Origin: an uncultured Spartobacteria bacterium
Lineage (GTDB): Bacteria; Verrucomicrobiota; Verrucomicrobiia; Chthoniobacterales; UBA6821
Assembly: GCA_903847935.1 (NCBI GenBank)
Contig: CAINEX010000095.1
Location: forward strand, 2,651-66,650
DNA length: 64,000 nt
Reading direction: 5' to 3'
Shown: piece by piece, positions 1 to 9,497 of the stretch
Layout: every line of letters begins with the position of its first letter
Position numbering within the stretch: position 1 is the first letter of the stretch
Translations under genes and position numbers: made by a program
The notes under the pieces: model-generated
Told to the model about the DNA's origin: nothing
The model's database searches: none
The model's input: the letters and a program-made list of their open reading frames with translations, nothing else

Positions 1-673
1 TTGACCAATATCGCCCCTGCCCCAAACAAAAACTGATCCTGCTTGTTGAAAGGGTTCTAATTCCAACGGGAACTGGGTGGGCCTAGTCGGGATCTGGAGG
101 TTGAGTGCTTTTGCCTCTGGTAAAAGGGCAAGCATCCCCAAAAGGACTAGGAGGAAGGACGTTCTGGGGAACTTCATAGGGGTGACGAGTACACCCTGTT
201 AACTACTCCAATTGCACTATGACGCAAGGTAAGAATTGAAGTGGATCACATCCCAGAGTCCAAAGTGACTAGGGAAGAGTTACTGAAGCCTATTTAGAAC
301 GCACCAGGGTGGTCTAGGAATCGCTTTTGCTTGAAGAATAAGTCTTCGGAGAGGGCATGGCTTTTCAATGGCGTTTAAGGGGGGTGACGACTCCGGAGGG
401 GACTCACAGGTAGCATCTGATAATGCAGGGTGCAGGCAGACCAAGGAGCGAGCCAAAGAGGGAATGATTTTTTGCAAGGAGTGGAGAGTTTTTTTCCTGA
501 AAATGGATTTTGATCAATGAAGCACCACGTCGACTCCATCACCGAGAGCGTTATTCTAGGGCTTCTATGTCTCTCTGCGTCACAATCGTGTATCGACGTG
601 CCGTTATGACTTTGGGTTGTTTTTGTTATGACAAACGCCCATAAAAACCCCTAGATCCTTTATCTATGGGGAG

Positions 674-749
<76 letters not shown>

Positions 750-825
750 GTAATGACCAACTCATGGTCCCTTCAAAAGGGTGTGTGAAAATCCCTTATT
801 CCTTGTCGATCGGCAAGCTTCTTTC

Positions 826-1620
826 TTAATTCCTGCGGAGTTGAACCTGATCGAGCGCAGCCACTAGGCCCCATTGATGCCCCCCTTTGAGGGCACGTGT
901 GACGAACTTCTTGGCCTCGCCGATCGCTTTGGAGAGAGGATATCCCTTGGCCAACCCTGCCGCGATCGCTGCGGAATAGGTGCATCCGGTCCCGTGCGTC
1001 TCCACCCCCCTTATGAAAGGAGCGCTGTACTCATGCACTTCCCAAGCCGTCGTCAGCAGGATATCCGTGGCCGCCTCTCCCTTCAGATGCCCTCCTTTTA
1101 GGAGCAGGGTTGCTCCGGTCTCTGCAGCAAGCTGTTTCCCGGAACAGATCATTCCGGCAAGGGAAACGGGGAGGGATCCCGTCAGGACGCCTAGTTCATC
1201 GAGGTTCGGCGTAATCAGCGTTGCCAAGGGGAAGAGATGCTTTCTGTAGGCGGCAACGGCTTCCGGTCTTAATAATGCATCCCCACTGGAAGCGACCATA
1301 ACGGGATCGACCACCAGTGGAGGCAATGTCTGCAGACCGGCCAGAACTTCTGCCACGGCACGGATAATCGGCGGGGAGAAGAGCATTCCTGTCTTGATGG
1401 CGAGCACAGGATAGGCGCTCAGTAGAACCTCCAGTTGATCCCGAACGATTTCGGAGCGCATGGCTTGGATTGAGCGAACCTTTCCCGGCGTTTCGGCAAC
1501 GACGCAGGTGAGCACCGTGAGTCCGTGGCAACCCAGGGCGCTGAATGTCTTGAGGTCGGCCTGAATGCCCGCCCCGCACGAGGAATCGGATCCCGCAATG
1601 GTGAGAACGACGGGTATCAT
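826..1620 (-). CDS. thiD: hydroxymethylpyrimidine/phosphomethylpyrimidine kinase (ThiD)
   Basis: ORF 826-1668 trimmed to the ATG at 1620. MIPVVLTIAGSDSSCGAGIQADLKT... is a typical ThiD N-terminus. The start overlaps the rarA stop as ATGA (1617-1620). Confidence 0.88.
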   Translation of the reverse strand: MIPVVLTIAGSDSSCGAGIQADLKTFSALGCHGLTVLTCVVAETPGKVRSIQAMRSEIVRDQLEVLLSAYPVLAIKTGMLFSPPIIRAVAEVLAGLQTLPPLVVDPVMVASSGDALLRPEAVAAYRKHLFPLATLITPNLDELGVLTGSLPVSLAGMICSGKQLAAETGATLLLKGGHLKGEAATDILLTTAWEVHEYSAPFIRGVETHGTGCTYSAAIAAGLAKGYPLSKAIGEAKKFVTRALKGGHQWGLVAALDQVQLRRN

Positions 1621-2981
1621 GATCGATCGGCGGCAGACGGATCCGCGTCGTGAAACTGCTTTCTCCAAGCCTCAAGGCGATCCGCGATACGGGCTTCGGC
1701 CCCATGCCTGTTCGCGGTGTAATAACGACGGCCCTCGCCTTCTGGAAGATAAGCCTGCGGTACATATCCCTTCTCGTGGTCATGGGGATATTGGTAACCA
1801 ATCCCATGTCCCATCGATTTGGCGCCCTTGTAATGGGAGTCCCGCAAGTGGGCGGGGACGGGGAGGGTGCGCCCCGATTCCACATCCTTCTGAGCATAGC
1901 CAAGGGCAACGCAGGCGCTATTGCTCTTCGGAGCGGTAGCCAAGTAGACCACCGCATGGGCAAGGGTGATGCGGGCCTCGGGAAGTCCGACAAACTCAAC
2001 CGCCTGTTGGGCGGCGACCGCTAAAGAAAGCGCCAGAGGGTCGGCCAACCCCACATCCTCGCTGGCAAAAATCACCAACCTTCTGGTGATAAACCGTAAT
2101 TCCTCCCCGGCATGGAGCATTTTGGCCAACCAGTAGAGGGCCGCATCAGGGTCACCACCACGGAGGCTCTTGATGAAGGCGCTCGCCGTGTCGTAGTGGT
2201 CGTCTCCAGTGCCGTCATAGACAAGAGCTTTCCGCTGGATACTTTCCCCGGCGATCTCAAGCGTGATGCGGATACGCCCATGCTCGTCATAGGAGGTCGT
2301 GCGGGCGGCAATCTCCAGCGCATTGAGGCACTTGCGGGCATCGCCATCGCTGATGGTAGCCAGATGAACGGCGGCATCTGCATCCAGATCGATCGGGAGC
2401 TTCCCAAGGCCGCGTTCCTGATCCGCAATGGCCCTGAACTGCAGGAAAACAAGGTCTGGCGTTCCCAACGGCTGAAGTTGAAAGATCTGGGATCGGGAGA
2501 CGAGCGGACTGTTGATCGAGAAGAAGGGGTTCTGGGTCGTCGCCCCGATCAGTCTTATCGTGCCACGCTCCACATCGGGGAGAAGGGCATCCTGCTGGGC
2601 TTTGTTAAACCGGTGGATCTCATCGATGAAAAGAAGGGTGCGCCCCCCTTTGGCCGCCTCAATGGCCGCGATCCCAATGGCTTTTCGTATATCGGCCACC
2701 GATCCCTCCACGCCGCTGAGTTCCAGAAAGCGGCTCTTGGTATGGCTCGCCACAACACGAGCCAAACTAGTTTTTCCCGTTCCCGGGGGGCCGTAGAGGA
2801 TCACCGAAGAGAGACGGTCGGCCTCGATTGCCCTCCTCAGGAGCTTGCCCGACCCGAGGAGATGCACCTGCCCGACATACTCATCAAGGCTTGAAGGCCT
2901 CATTCTTGCGGCAAGCGGAGCGTCGGCAGGCAATCCGCCGCTCTCACCAGTTCCGGGGCCCATGCCAAAAAGATCCTCCAT
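1617..2981 (-). CDS. rarA: replication-associated recombination protein A (RarA/MgsA AAA+ ATPase)
   Basis: 454 aa. Walker A GPPGTGKTSLARV, Walker B LLFIDEIHRFNK, and an MgsA-type C-terminal region (DAALYWLAKML). Confidence 0.9.
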   Translation of the reverse strand: MEDLFGMGPGTGESGGLPADAPLAARMRPSSLDEYVGQVHLLGSGKLLRRAIEADRLSSVILYGPPGTGKTSLARVVASHTKSRFLELSGVEGSVADIRKAIGIAAIEAAKGGRTLLFIDEIHRFNKAQQDALLPDVERGTIRLIGATTQNPFFSINSPLVSRSQIFQLQPLGTPDLVFLQFRAIADQERGLGKLPIDLDADAAVHLATISDGDARKCLNALEIAARTTSYDEHGRIRITLEIAGESIQRKALVYDGTGDDHYDTASAFIKSLRGGDPDAALYWLAKMLHAGEELRFITRRLVIFASEDVGLADPLALSLAVAAQQAVEFVGLPEARITLAHAVVYLATAPKSNSACVALGYAQKDVESGRTLPVPAHLRDSHYKGAKSMGHGIGYQYPHDHEKGYVPQAYLPEGEGRRYYTANRHGAEARIADRLEAWRKQFHDADPSAADRS

Positions 2982-3033
2982 TCACCCAGTATAGGCGGGT
3001 GCATTTCGCTGGCAAGGCGGGCTCCCCCGTTCC

Positions 3034-3495
3034 ATGCTTGCAACCATGAAAACGATCCTCGCCGCAGTTGATTTCAGCCAGATCACTCAAAAAGTCATCG
3101 AAGGCGCCTCGGCCCTTGCCGAGGCCATGCAGGCACAGCTCGTACTGCTGAACGTCTGGGAGCCGATTGCCTCCTACGTACCGGTGGGAGCTGCCATGGA
3201 TGTGATCACGGCCCCGGTGCCGGTGGAGCCCCCAGACCTGAATCTGGTCAAGGAGCGTCTGGAGCAGTTTGCCTCTCCTCTCAGAGGCAAAGGCCTCTCC
3301 GTTGAAACAATCGTTTCCACAGCTCTTCCCGTGGATGAGATCCTGAACCAGTCGAAGCTACTCGACGCCTCGATGATCGTTCTGGGATCCCATGGACACG
3401 GCGCCCTCTTCCAGCTCTTCAGCGGCAGCGTGGTCACCTCGGTGCTGCACAAATCCAGTATCCCGGTCACCGTCATCCCGGTTCACGGAAACTAG
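3034..3495 (+). CDS. universal stress protein (UspA family)
   Basis: 153 aa. MKTILAAVDFS at the N-terminus and C-terminal GSHGHGALFQLFSGSV are Usp ATP-binding hallmarks. The start may be 3046 rather than 3034. Confidence 0.8.
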   Translation: MLATMKTILAAVDFSQITQKVIEGASALAEAMQAQLVLLNVWEPIASYVPVGAAMDVITAPVPVEPPDLNLVKERLEQFASPLRGKGLSVETIVSTALPVDEILNQSKLLDASMIVLGSHGHGALFQLFSGSVVTSVLHKSSIPVTVIPVHGN

Positions 3496-3528
3496 GATGG
3501 GGCTCGTCGTGGGCGAGACGGGATAGAA

Positions 3529-4593
3529 ATGCGCATCCTCTTCACAAAGCTCCGGCACATCGGGGATAACCTACTTCTGACGCCGACGATCGTCGCAACG
3601 AAACGACAATTTCCCGAGGCGGAAATCTGGGTCGCCGTGAGGAGGGGTACCGAAGGCATCCTCGCGGGATGCCCGGAAATTGACCGGATCGTGACTACGG
3701 CGCGACCTGAAGAGGGAAGAAGAACCTGGAGAGACTCAGGGGCCGATCTCGCATCGCTCGCAGAAGTCATCAGGACACCCTTCGATTATGCCTTTGAACT
3801 GGGTGACAACGACCGTGGAAGGGTTCTCGCCTGGGCAAGCGGCGCTTCCGTCCGATGCACGAATAGCTATGAACGCCCCGAGGGGGATCCGCTCGGACAT
3901 TTTTGGAAAGGACGCTTCACCCGCCTGATCACCACCGGTCATGGGCCCGTGCATCAGGTGCTCCGTGACTACAATGCCGTCCAAGCAACTCTTTCCCTCC
4001 CTGAGGATCCACCACCCTTGCGATTTGCAAAGGAAGCGATGTCCCATCACCCGCTGCTGGATTTAAGCGAGGCATCCTACGCCCTCGTACATGCCGCCAC
4101 CCGCTGGCCCTCCAAATCATGGCCCTTGGAGCGCTGGAAGCAGGTGATCCCTGAACTTCTGAAAACATTTCCTCAGGTTGTGATCAGCTGCGGTCCGAAT
4201 CACCGTGAGATCTCTGAGGCCTCCATGCTCTGCGAGGGAAGCAGGGGGAGGGTAATCACGACCGGCGGCTCTCTCTCTTGGTCACAGCTCGCCACCCTGA
4301 TCGGTTCGGCAGGTCTCTTCACAGGTGTGGATACGGCGGCCATGCACCTGGCAGCCGCCGTGCAATGCCCCTCAGTGGCCCTTTTCGGACATGCTCCCGC
4401 CTATCAGTTCAGGCCTTGGAAATCACCCCACCGCATCGTGCGCTCCAAAGATGCGATGATTGAGACGGAGCGCTATCAACTCCCCGGGGAAGAGTTGATG
4501 CAAGAAATCACCGTCCATGCAGTGCTGGAGGCTGTGGATTCGCTATTGGCTGAACGAAACAGGAATCAAGATCTTCAAGCCAACCTGATGTAA
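3529..4593 (+). CDS. glycosyltransferase family 9 (LPS heptosyltransferase-like)
   Basis: 354 aa. N-terminus MRILFTKLRHIGDNLLLTP and C-terminal GVDTAAMHLAAA are typical of GT9 ADP-heptose transferases. kpsF and a GT4 gene are neighbours. Confidence 0.8.
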   Translation: MRILFTKLRHIGDNLLLTPTIVATKRQFPEAEIWVAVRRGTEGILAGCPEIDRIVTTARPEEGRRTWRDSGADLASLAEVIRTPFDYAFELGDNDRGRVLAWASGASVRCTNSYERPEGDPLGHFWKGRFTRLITTGHGPVHQVLRDYNAVQATLSLPEDPPPLRFAKEAMSHHPLLDLSEASYALVHAATRWPSKSWPLERWKQVIPELLKTFPQVVISCGPNHREISEASMLCEGSRGRVITTGGSLSWSQLATLIGSAGLFTGVDTAAMHLAAAVQCPSVALFGHAPAYQFRPWKSPHRIVRSKDAMIETERYQLPGEELMQEITVHAVLEAVDSLLAERNRNQDLQANLM

Positions 4594-5666
4594 AGTTCTC
4601 CAAGTTGTCGGCTGAGCAGCGGGAGGGAAGGTCTGGGAAGTTTCTCCTGGAAGTTGAGAAGTTCATCCCGGAATTGGGCTTCCGTCACGGCTTTCTCCAG
4701 AAGCCGTGCGTAGCCGTCATGATCAGTCGGATCGAACAGGCCGGGGTGATCCTCGCCAAGTAGAATCGTATTGCCCTCGATCCTGCTGGCAAGAATCGGA
4801 ACCCCGCACTCCAGGGCCTGCAGCAGTGCAAGCGGCTGCCCCTCCCAGTGGGAGGCGAGCGCAAAGAAATCAAGCGACTGGATCCAGGGAGCCACAGGAC
4901 GCTTGCGACCAGCCAAAACAAGATGCTCCTCCAGATTGTTCTCCCGGATACCGATCTCAAGTGCACCCCTGTCGGCTCCCTCGCCAAAGAGCATGAATGT
5001 TGGCAGGGGGACAGATTTTCTGGAAAGGATCGCCATCGCACCGATCGTGGCCTGATGGTTTTTTGTAGGATGTAGGGATGCCACGGAGCCGATCAAGATC
5101 CCATCCGGGGACAATCCAAGGCGCGAACGAACCTCCTTGCGATCCTTTGTGGGCTGGAAGAGAACGGGGTCGATTGCGTTGGGAATGACCGAGACCTCGT
5201 GCGGATCCAACTGGAAGGCCTTGATCAGATCCCGCCGGGTCTCTTCCGAGAGGGCGATCACGTGATCAGCCCACCGATAGATGTGACGCATGAAAAAACC
5301 TTTACGGCCCTTCAGTTCGAGGAATGTCTTCTGCTGGTGCACGATGGATTTGATCCCTGCTAATTTTGCCGCGATCACTCCGAACAGTTGATCGTGGTAG
5401 GACTGTGCGTGGACGACTTGGATGCCGTTCTTTCGAAACCAGCGTGCCAATCGGAGCATTCCGAGGGGATTCATCCTCTTTGTCGGAAAAACCGGCACCA
5501 GATCAATCTGCAGTCCTGCTGACTGAGCCTCCTCCCCAAGGACACCCAGGCTTCTTAAGCAGACAAAGCGTGGCTCGATTCCATCCGGCAGGTATTTGCT
5601 GGCCGAGAGGAGAAAATCCTCAGCTCCACCGACTGGCATTGAAACAAAGAGGAGGGCAACCTTCAC
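4575..5666 (-). CDS. glycosyltransferase family 4 (GT-B fold)
   Basis: C-terminal ASHWEGQPLALLQALECGVPILASR resembles the GT4 EX7E region. Start set to GTG 5666 (VKVALLFVSMPVGGAE), which avoids overlap with the upstream ORF; the ATG at 5795 is possible. The 3' end overlaps the convergent GT9 gene by 19 nt. Confidence 0.72.
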   Translation of the reverse strand: MKVALLFVSMPVGGAEDFLLSASKYLPDGIEPRFVCLRSLGVLGEEAQSAGLQIDLVPVFPTKRMNPLGMLRLARWFRKNGIQVVHAQSYHDQLFGVIAAKLAGIKSIVHQQKTFLELKGRKGFFMRHIYRWADHVIALSEETRRDLIKAFQLDPHEVSVIPNAIDPVLFQPTKDRKEVRSRLGLSPDGILIGSVASLHPTKNHQATIGAMAILSRKSVPLPTFMLFGEGADRGALEIGIRENNLEEHLVLAGRKRPVAPWIQSLDFFALASHWEGQPLALLQALECGVPILASRIEGNTILLGEDHPGLFDPTDHDGYARLLEKAVTEAQFRDELLNFQEKLPRPSLPLLSRQLGELYIRLA

Positions 5667-5715
5667 GGACTGGGTTGATCCTATCAATGTTCGACAAACA
5701 TGATTCCCAGCCCAC

Positions 5716-6063
5716 TCACCACTGGACGCCAAAGAAGATAATGCCCTTCGGCTTCTCGGGATTATCGGGATCCCAAGCAATATCGTCATGACCATCCCCG
5801 TCCCTCTTGGGGGCCAGGGGACTGACCATCTGAAGGGGGTTTTTCATCTTGAAAGCCTGGGCAACAATTCCTTGGGTGTCATACGCGCTGGGGGCGCCCA
5901 AATCGGTTTTTTGTTCCACTTTGGCTTTTTTCGGCTTGGGAGCGATGAACCCGGCATCGGGGCTCTCCTGCTGGGCAAGAAGACTCCGCATCGGCATAAA
6001 GGCCATCGCAGCAAGGGCGACGGACAGGAAAAACATCTGGAAACGAGGACTGATGCCTTGCAT
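5716..6063 (-). CDS. hypothetical exported protein
   Basis: Trimmed to the ATG at 6063. Signal-like MQGISPRFQMFFLSVALAAMAFMPMRSLLAQ. I recognise no family. Confidence 0.4.
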   Translation of the reverse strand: MQGISPRFQMFFLSVALAAMAFMPMRSLLAQQESPDAGFIAPKPKKAKVEQKTDLGAPSAYDTQGIVAQAFKMKNPLQMVSPLAPKRDGDGHDDIAWDPDNPEKPKGIIFFGVQW

Positions 6064-6182
6064 GGGTCTCAAGTTAAGGGGCTTTGTTCTCTGCGGGCAA
6101 GCCTTCGGACACCCAGACGGGAATCTTCTTTCCCTCGCCTTCATCGTTGAACTAAAGGATCAGATCCGGTCAAACTCACCAC

Positions 6183-7154
6183 ATGGATACCCTTGAGCGC
6201 GCCCGTCGCGTCCTCTCAATCGAAATCGACGAACTTCATCGTCTATCTGCTCGTCTCGACAGCAGCTTTGCGCTGGCCGTGGGAATGCTCAGGGAAGCTG
6301 TCGAGCGACGGGGCAAGATCGTCGTGCTAGGCGTGGGTAAATCAGGCCATATAGGCGAGAAGATTGCTGCTTCACTCACCAGCACGGGAGCTCCTGCCGT
6401 AGTCCTCAACTCTCTCAATGCTCTCCATGGGGATCTGGGGGTGATCTCCGACGGGGATGTGATTCTTACACTTAGTTACAGCGGGGAGACCGAGGAGTTG
6501 ATCCGCATCCTCCCTTCACTAACTCGATTTGATATCAAAAAAATTTCCCTTACTGGCAATCCCAACTCTTCCCTCGCAAAGGCCAGTGATCTGGTCCTCG
6601 ATGTCTCGGTCTCGCAGGAAGCGTGCCCCCATAATCTTGCCCCTACCTCAAGCACTACGGTGATGCTGGCTCTGGGGGATGCCTTGGCCATGGTATTGCT
6701 GGAGGAGAGGGGATTCACGAGGGAAGACTTCGCTCGCTATCACCCAGCCGGACAGTTGGGGAGAACACTTCTTCTGAAGGTTCGCGATATTATGCGGGGA
6801 GGCGATCATATGGCCCTGGTTAAGGGATCCGATTCCGTAGTTTCCGTGCTCAGGGAACTGACCTCCAAGCGTGCCGGCGCCGCACTTGTGGTGGATGAAC
6901 AGGGCCTTCTTAATGGGATCTTCACCCATGGTGACTTTGCGCGCCATTTCTCCACCAATCCACAGATCGGCAACCATCCTGTCAGCGGCGTCATGACCAG
7001 AAATCCCATCACCATTCATGCCGACAAACTTGCCGCGGAGGTACTGAAGGTGTTAGAAAAGCATCACATTGATGATCTTGTGGTCACGGATGAGGGTGGC
7101 AAACCCCTCGGCGTCATCGACTCCCAGGATCTCTCCCGACTCAAACTTCTTTAA
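6183..7154 (+). CDS. kpsF: arabinose-5-phosphate isomerase (KpsF/GutQ family; SIS + tandem CBS)
   Basis: 323 aa. SIS motif VLGVGKSGHIGEKIAASL and a C-terminal CBS pair. Sits next to LPS-core glycosyltransferases. Confidence 0.9.
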   Translation: MDTLERARRVLSIEIDELHRLSARLDSSFALAVGMLREAVERRGKIVVLGVGKSGHIGEKIAASLTSTGAPAVVLNSLNALHGDLGVISDGDVILTLSYSGETEELIRILPSLTRFDIKKISLTGNPNSSLAKASDLVLDVSVSQEACPHNLAPTSSTTVMLALGDALAMVLLEERGFTREDFARYHPAGQLGRTLLLKVRDIMRGGDHMALVKGSDSVVSVLRELTSKRAGAALVVDEQGLLNGIFTHGDFARHFSTNPQIGNHPVSGVMTRNPITIHADKLAAEVLKVLEKHHIDDLVVTDEGGKPLGVIDSQDLSRLKLL

Positions 7155-7175
7155 CGAACCCTCCGCACCACTTCT

Positions 7176-7733
7176 ATGGCACTCGCAAACGATCTCCGCA
7201 AAGGCATGGCTATCAAATACAATGGCAACGCTGCCATTGTCCTTGAAGTCACTCACCGCACACCCGGAAACCTCCGGGCTTTTGTCCAACTCATTGTCCG
7301 CTACATCGGCACGGGCAAGTCGGCCGACATCCGCTTTGCCTCCACGGAAAAAGTCGATCTCGTGGATGTTCACCGCACCAAGCTTGATTTCAGCTACGCT
7401 GATCAGGAGGGATACAACTTCATGGATCCCGAAACATTCGAGACCATCACGCTGCAAGCAGACCTCCTCGGTGACTCGAAGGACTTCCTAGTTGAGAACA
7501 TGCAAGTGGAGATCCTCTATGTCGAGGGACGCGCCGTCTCGGTGGAACTTCCCGCCTCAGCCAATATAAAAGTAGCCGAGTCGCCCGAGGGCGTGAAGGG
7601 TGACTCCTCGAGCAACGTCATGAAGACAGCCACTCTCGAAACCGGTAAAGTCATCCAGGTGCCCCTCTTCATCAAGGAGGGTGAGATCGTGAAGGTTGAT
7701 ACCCGCACAGGCGCCTACATGGGTAGGGCTTAA
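7176..7733 (+). CDS. efp: translation elongation factor P
   Basis: 185 aa with full-length EF-P architecture and C-terminal GEIVKVDTRTGAYMGRA. The loop reads THRTPGNLRAF (see findings). Confidence 0.95.
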   Translation: MALANDLRKGMAIKYNGNAAIVLEVTHRTPGNLRAFVQLIVRYIGTGKSADIRFASTEKVDLVDVHRTKLDFSYADQEGYNFMDPETFETITLQADLLGDSKDFLVENMQVEILYVEGRAVSVELPASANIKVAESPEGVKGDSSSNVMKTATLETGKVIQVPLFIKEGEIVKVDTRTGAYMGRA

Positions 7734-7753
7734 CGAAACGGCTATCACGCCCC

Positions 7754-8701
7754 ATGACCCGTTCCTCCCCGAAAAAGGACCGGGGTAAAACAGACAGGAG
7801 CGTTTTGGGCAGCAAGGGGCCATCCGTCACGGGTAAAAAAACCCGTTCTGAAAATCGGGTACGGGTGAAGGCCATCTCTCCGCAGACCGGGGAACTCTTT
7901 CCGGAAATAAGTACGGGCGATAAGGGAGATTCATCGGAAATTTCCACTGTCTCCCCCGTTGCACAAGCGACGGTACCGAAATCACTCGTAAAGTTCATTG
8001 TCGCTCTCTTCCTGGCACCCATCGCTTGGGTCATGACCCGGACTTTTTTCCACTCTTTCGCCACCTCTGTGCATCATGGACTCCTGGCTTCACAATCCTT
8101 CGGCTGCTTTGCAGGCGGGATTATCCTCTTCGGGGTTTTTTATCTCATCATTCCGCGGAATATGCTGATGCTTCCCTATGTCTTCGGACATGAGGTCACC
8201 CATGCCCTCTGGGTGAAACTATTCGGCGGCACTGTGGCTGATCATTTTCATGTCGGTACGGAGGGCGGACATGTGCTCACCGACAGGGTCAACACATGGA
8301 TCGCGCTGGCCCCCTATTTTTTCCCGATCTACAGCCTGCTGGTCATCACCCTCTACGGCGCGGCATCGCTGGCAACTGACATGAGTCCCTATCGTTGGAT
8401 TCTTTTCTTACTCCTTGGACTCACCATGGCTTTCCACCTTGTCTTCACTTTCCTGCTCATCATCAAGGGACAACCCGACCTGCACTACGGAGGCACCTTT
8501 TTCTCGCTGATGGTGATCTACCTTATCAACCTCAGCATTATCACGTCTCTTCTACTGGTGACTGGCAAGGAGATCTCCCCGCGTTCCTTCGCGGAGGACT
8601 TCGTAAAAAACACCTTTGATTTCATGGAATTCTCACGAGCCGTAATTATCTGGATTTCGGATTGGATCGGGAATATTCGAGCGGGATTCGGGCATTCCTA
8701 A
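7754..8701 (+). CDS. polytopic membrane protein with HExxH motif (putative M50B-like zinc metallopeptidase)
   Basis: 315 aa. About 85 aa of basic, low-complexity N-terminus, then 6-7 hydrophobic segments. FGHEVTHALW (HExxH) lies at a membrane boundary. Confidence 0.6.
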   Translation: MTRSSPKKDRGKTDRSVLGSKGPSVTGKKTRSENRVRVKAISPQTGELFPEISTGDKGDSSEISTVSPVAQATVPKSLVKFIVALFLAPIAWVMTRTFFHSFATSVHHGLLASQSFGCFAGGIILFGVFYLIIPRNMLMLPYVFGHEVTHALWVKLFGGTVADHFHVGTEGGHVLTDRVNTWIALAPYFFPIYSLLVITLYGAASLATDMSPYRWILFLLLGLTMAFHLVFTFLLIIKGQPDLHYGGTFFSLMVIYLINLSIITSLLLVTGKEISPRSFAEDFVKNTFDFMEFSRAVIIWISDWIGNIRAGFGHS

Positions 8702-8729
8702 TCGGAAGTTTTCCTTCCAAGAAAGCCGC

Positions 8730-9497
8730 TTAGAAGGCGAGTAGGTGCTGGAGGATTAAATAGAAAAGAGAGGGGCCTAGAAGGCAACCAAAGCCGGTGT
8801 AGAAGGTAGAAACCATCAACCCATAGGGAACCAATCTTGGATCCGTGGCAGCCAATCCCGCGCCGACACCACTGTGTGTGCCCATGAGTCCGCCATAGAC
8901 CATGGCGGTGTGTGGATTATTAAGGCCGATCCGTTTGGCAATCATGGGAGTTGCTATCATCACGGCGATTGATTTGACCAAACCGGCGGCGATGCTAAGG
9001 GCGATCACCTCTGATTTGGCACCAAGAGCCGCCCCAGTCACAGCTCCTACAATATAGGTCACGGGACCACAGCCAATCGTGGTGACACTGACGGCGTCGC
9101 GATAACCAAAGGCAAAAGCAACCGAAGCACCGCAGATAAAGGGCAGAACAAGTCCAACAGAGAGAGCAACGATCACAGCCTTACCAGATCTCCTGAGATC
9201 TTGAAAAGTCGCTCCATAGGCTGTGGCAACAATAGCGAAATCCCTAAACATAGCTCCCCCCAAAAGGCCAATCCCAGCAAGGGAAGGGATGTCAGCAATG
9301 CCATTCTTCCCGCCGGTAAGCGCTCCTCCCAACCAAGCCATGAGTAAACCAACACAGACGGCGATCGCGGATCCGTGAATTCGGCCTTTGGTAAGTTTGG
9401 CGGAGATCCAGTAGGAACCCCACATCACCATGCCCGTGATGGCAAAGCCCACAAGGAGTCCTTCGGAAAGGAGCGTTTGATAAAGACGATCGATCAT
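8730..9497 (-). CDS. madM: malonate transporter subunit MadM
   Basis: Trimmed to the ATG at 9497 (MIDRLYQTLLSEG...), about 255 aa and polytopic. ATGA overlap with the madL stop (9494-9497). Size and sequence fit the MadM family. Confidence 0.78.
   Translation of the reverse strand: MIDRLYQTLLSEGLLVGFAITGMVMWGSYWISAKLTKGRIHGSAIAVCVGLLMAWLGGALTGGKNGIADIPSLAGIGLLGGAMFRDFAIVATAYGATFQDLRRSGKAVIVALSVGLVLPFICGASVAFAFGYRDAVSVTTIGCGPVTYIVGAVTGAALGAKSEVIALSIAAGLVKSIAVMIATPMIAKRIGLNNPHTAMVYGGLMGTHSGVGAGLAATDPRLVPYGLMVSTFYTGFGCLLGPSLFYLILQHLLAF

Noticed and set aside
1-36. Frame-1 open reading from the window edge to the TGA at 34-36 (…LTNIAPAPNKN*), possibly the 3' end of a + strand gene.
   Set aside because: Eleven codons are too few to support any call.
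395-450. The string ...CATCTGATAATGCAGGGTG... superficially resembles the TPP-riboswitch segment CTGATCTGGATAATGCCAGCG.
   Set aside because: The obligatory CTGAGA element and the P2/P3 pairings are absent, and no thiamine gene lies downstream in the correct orientation.
1-673. RNase P RNA, tmRNA or SRP RNA in the ORF-free left end of the window.
   Set aside because: The conserved cores are not present on either strand by eye: GAGGAAAGTCCGGGC and ACAGAACCCGGCTTA for RNase P, GGGG...TTCGAC with a tRNA-like 3' end for tmRNA, and GGAAGCAGCC for SRP. The region is kept only as a low-interest unexplained stretch.
8704-8718. Short hairpins between convergent genes as intrinsic terminators: GGAAG-N5-CTTCC at 8704-8718, and CTCCC-N8-GGGAG at 12570-12587.
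   Set aside because: The stems are only 5 bp and lack a flanking T-tract, which is not enough to call terminators.
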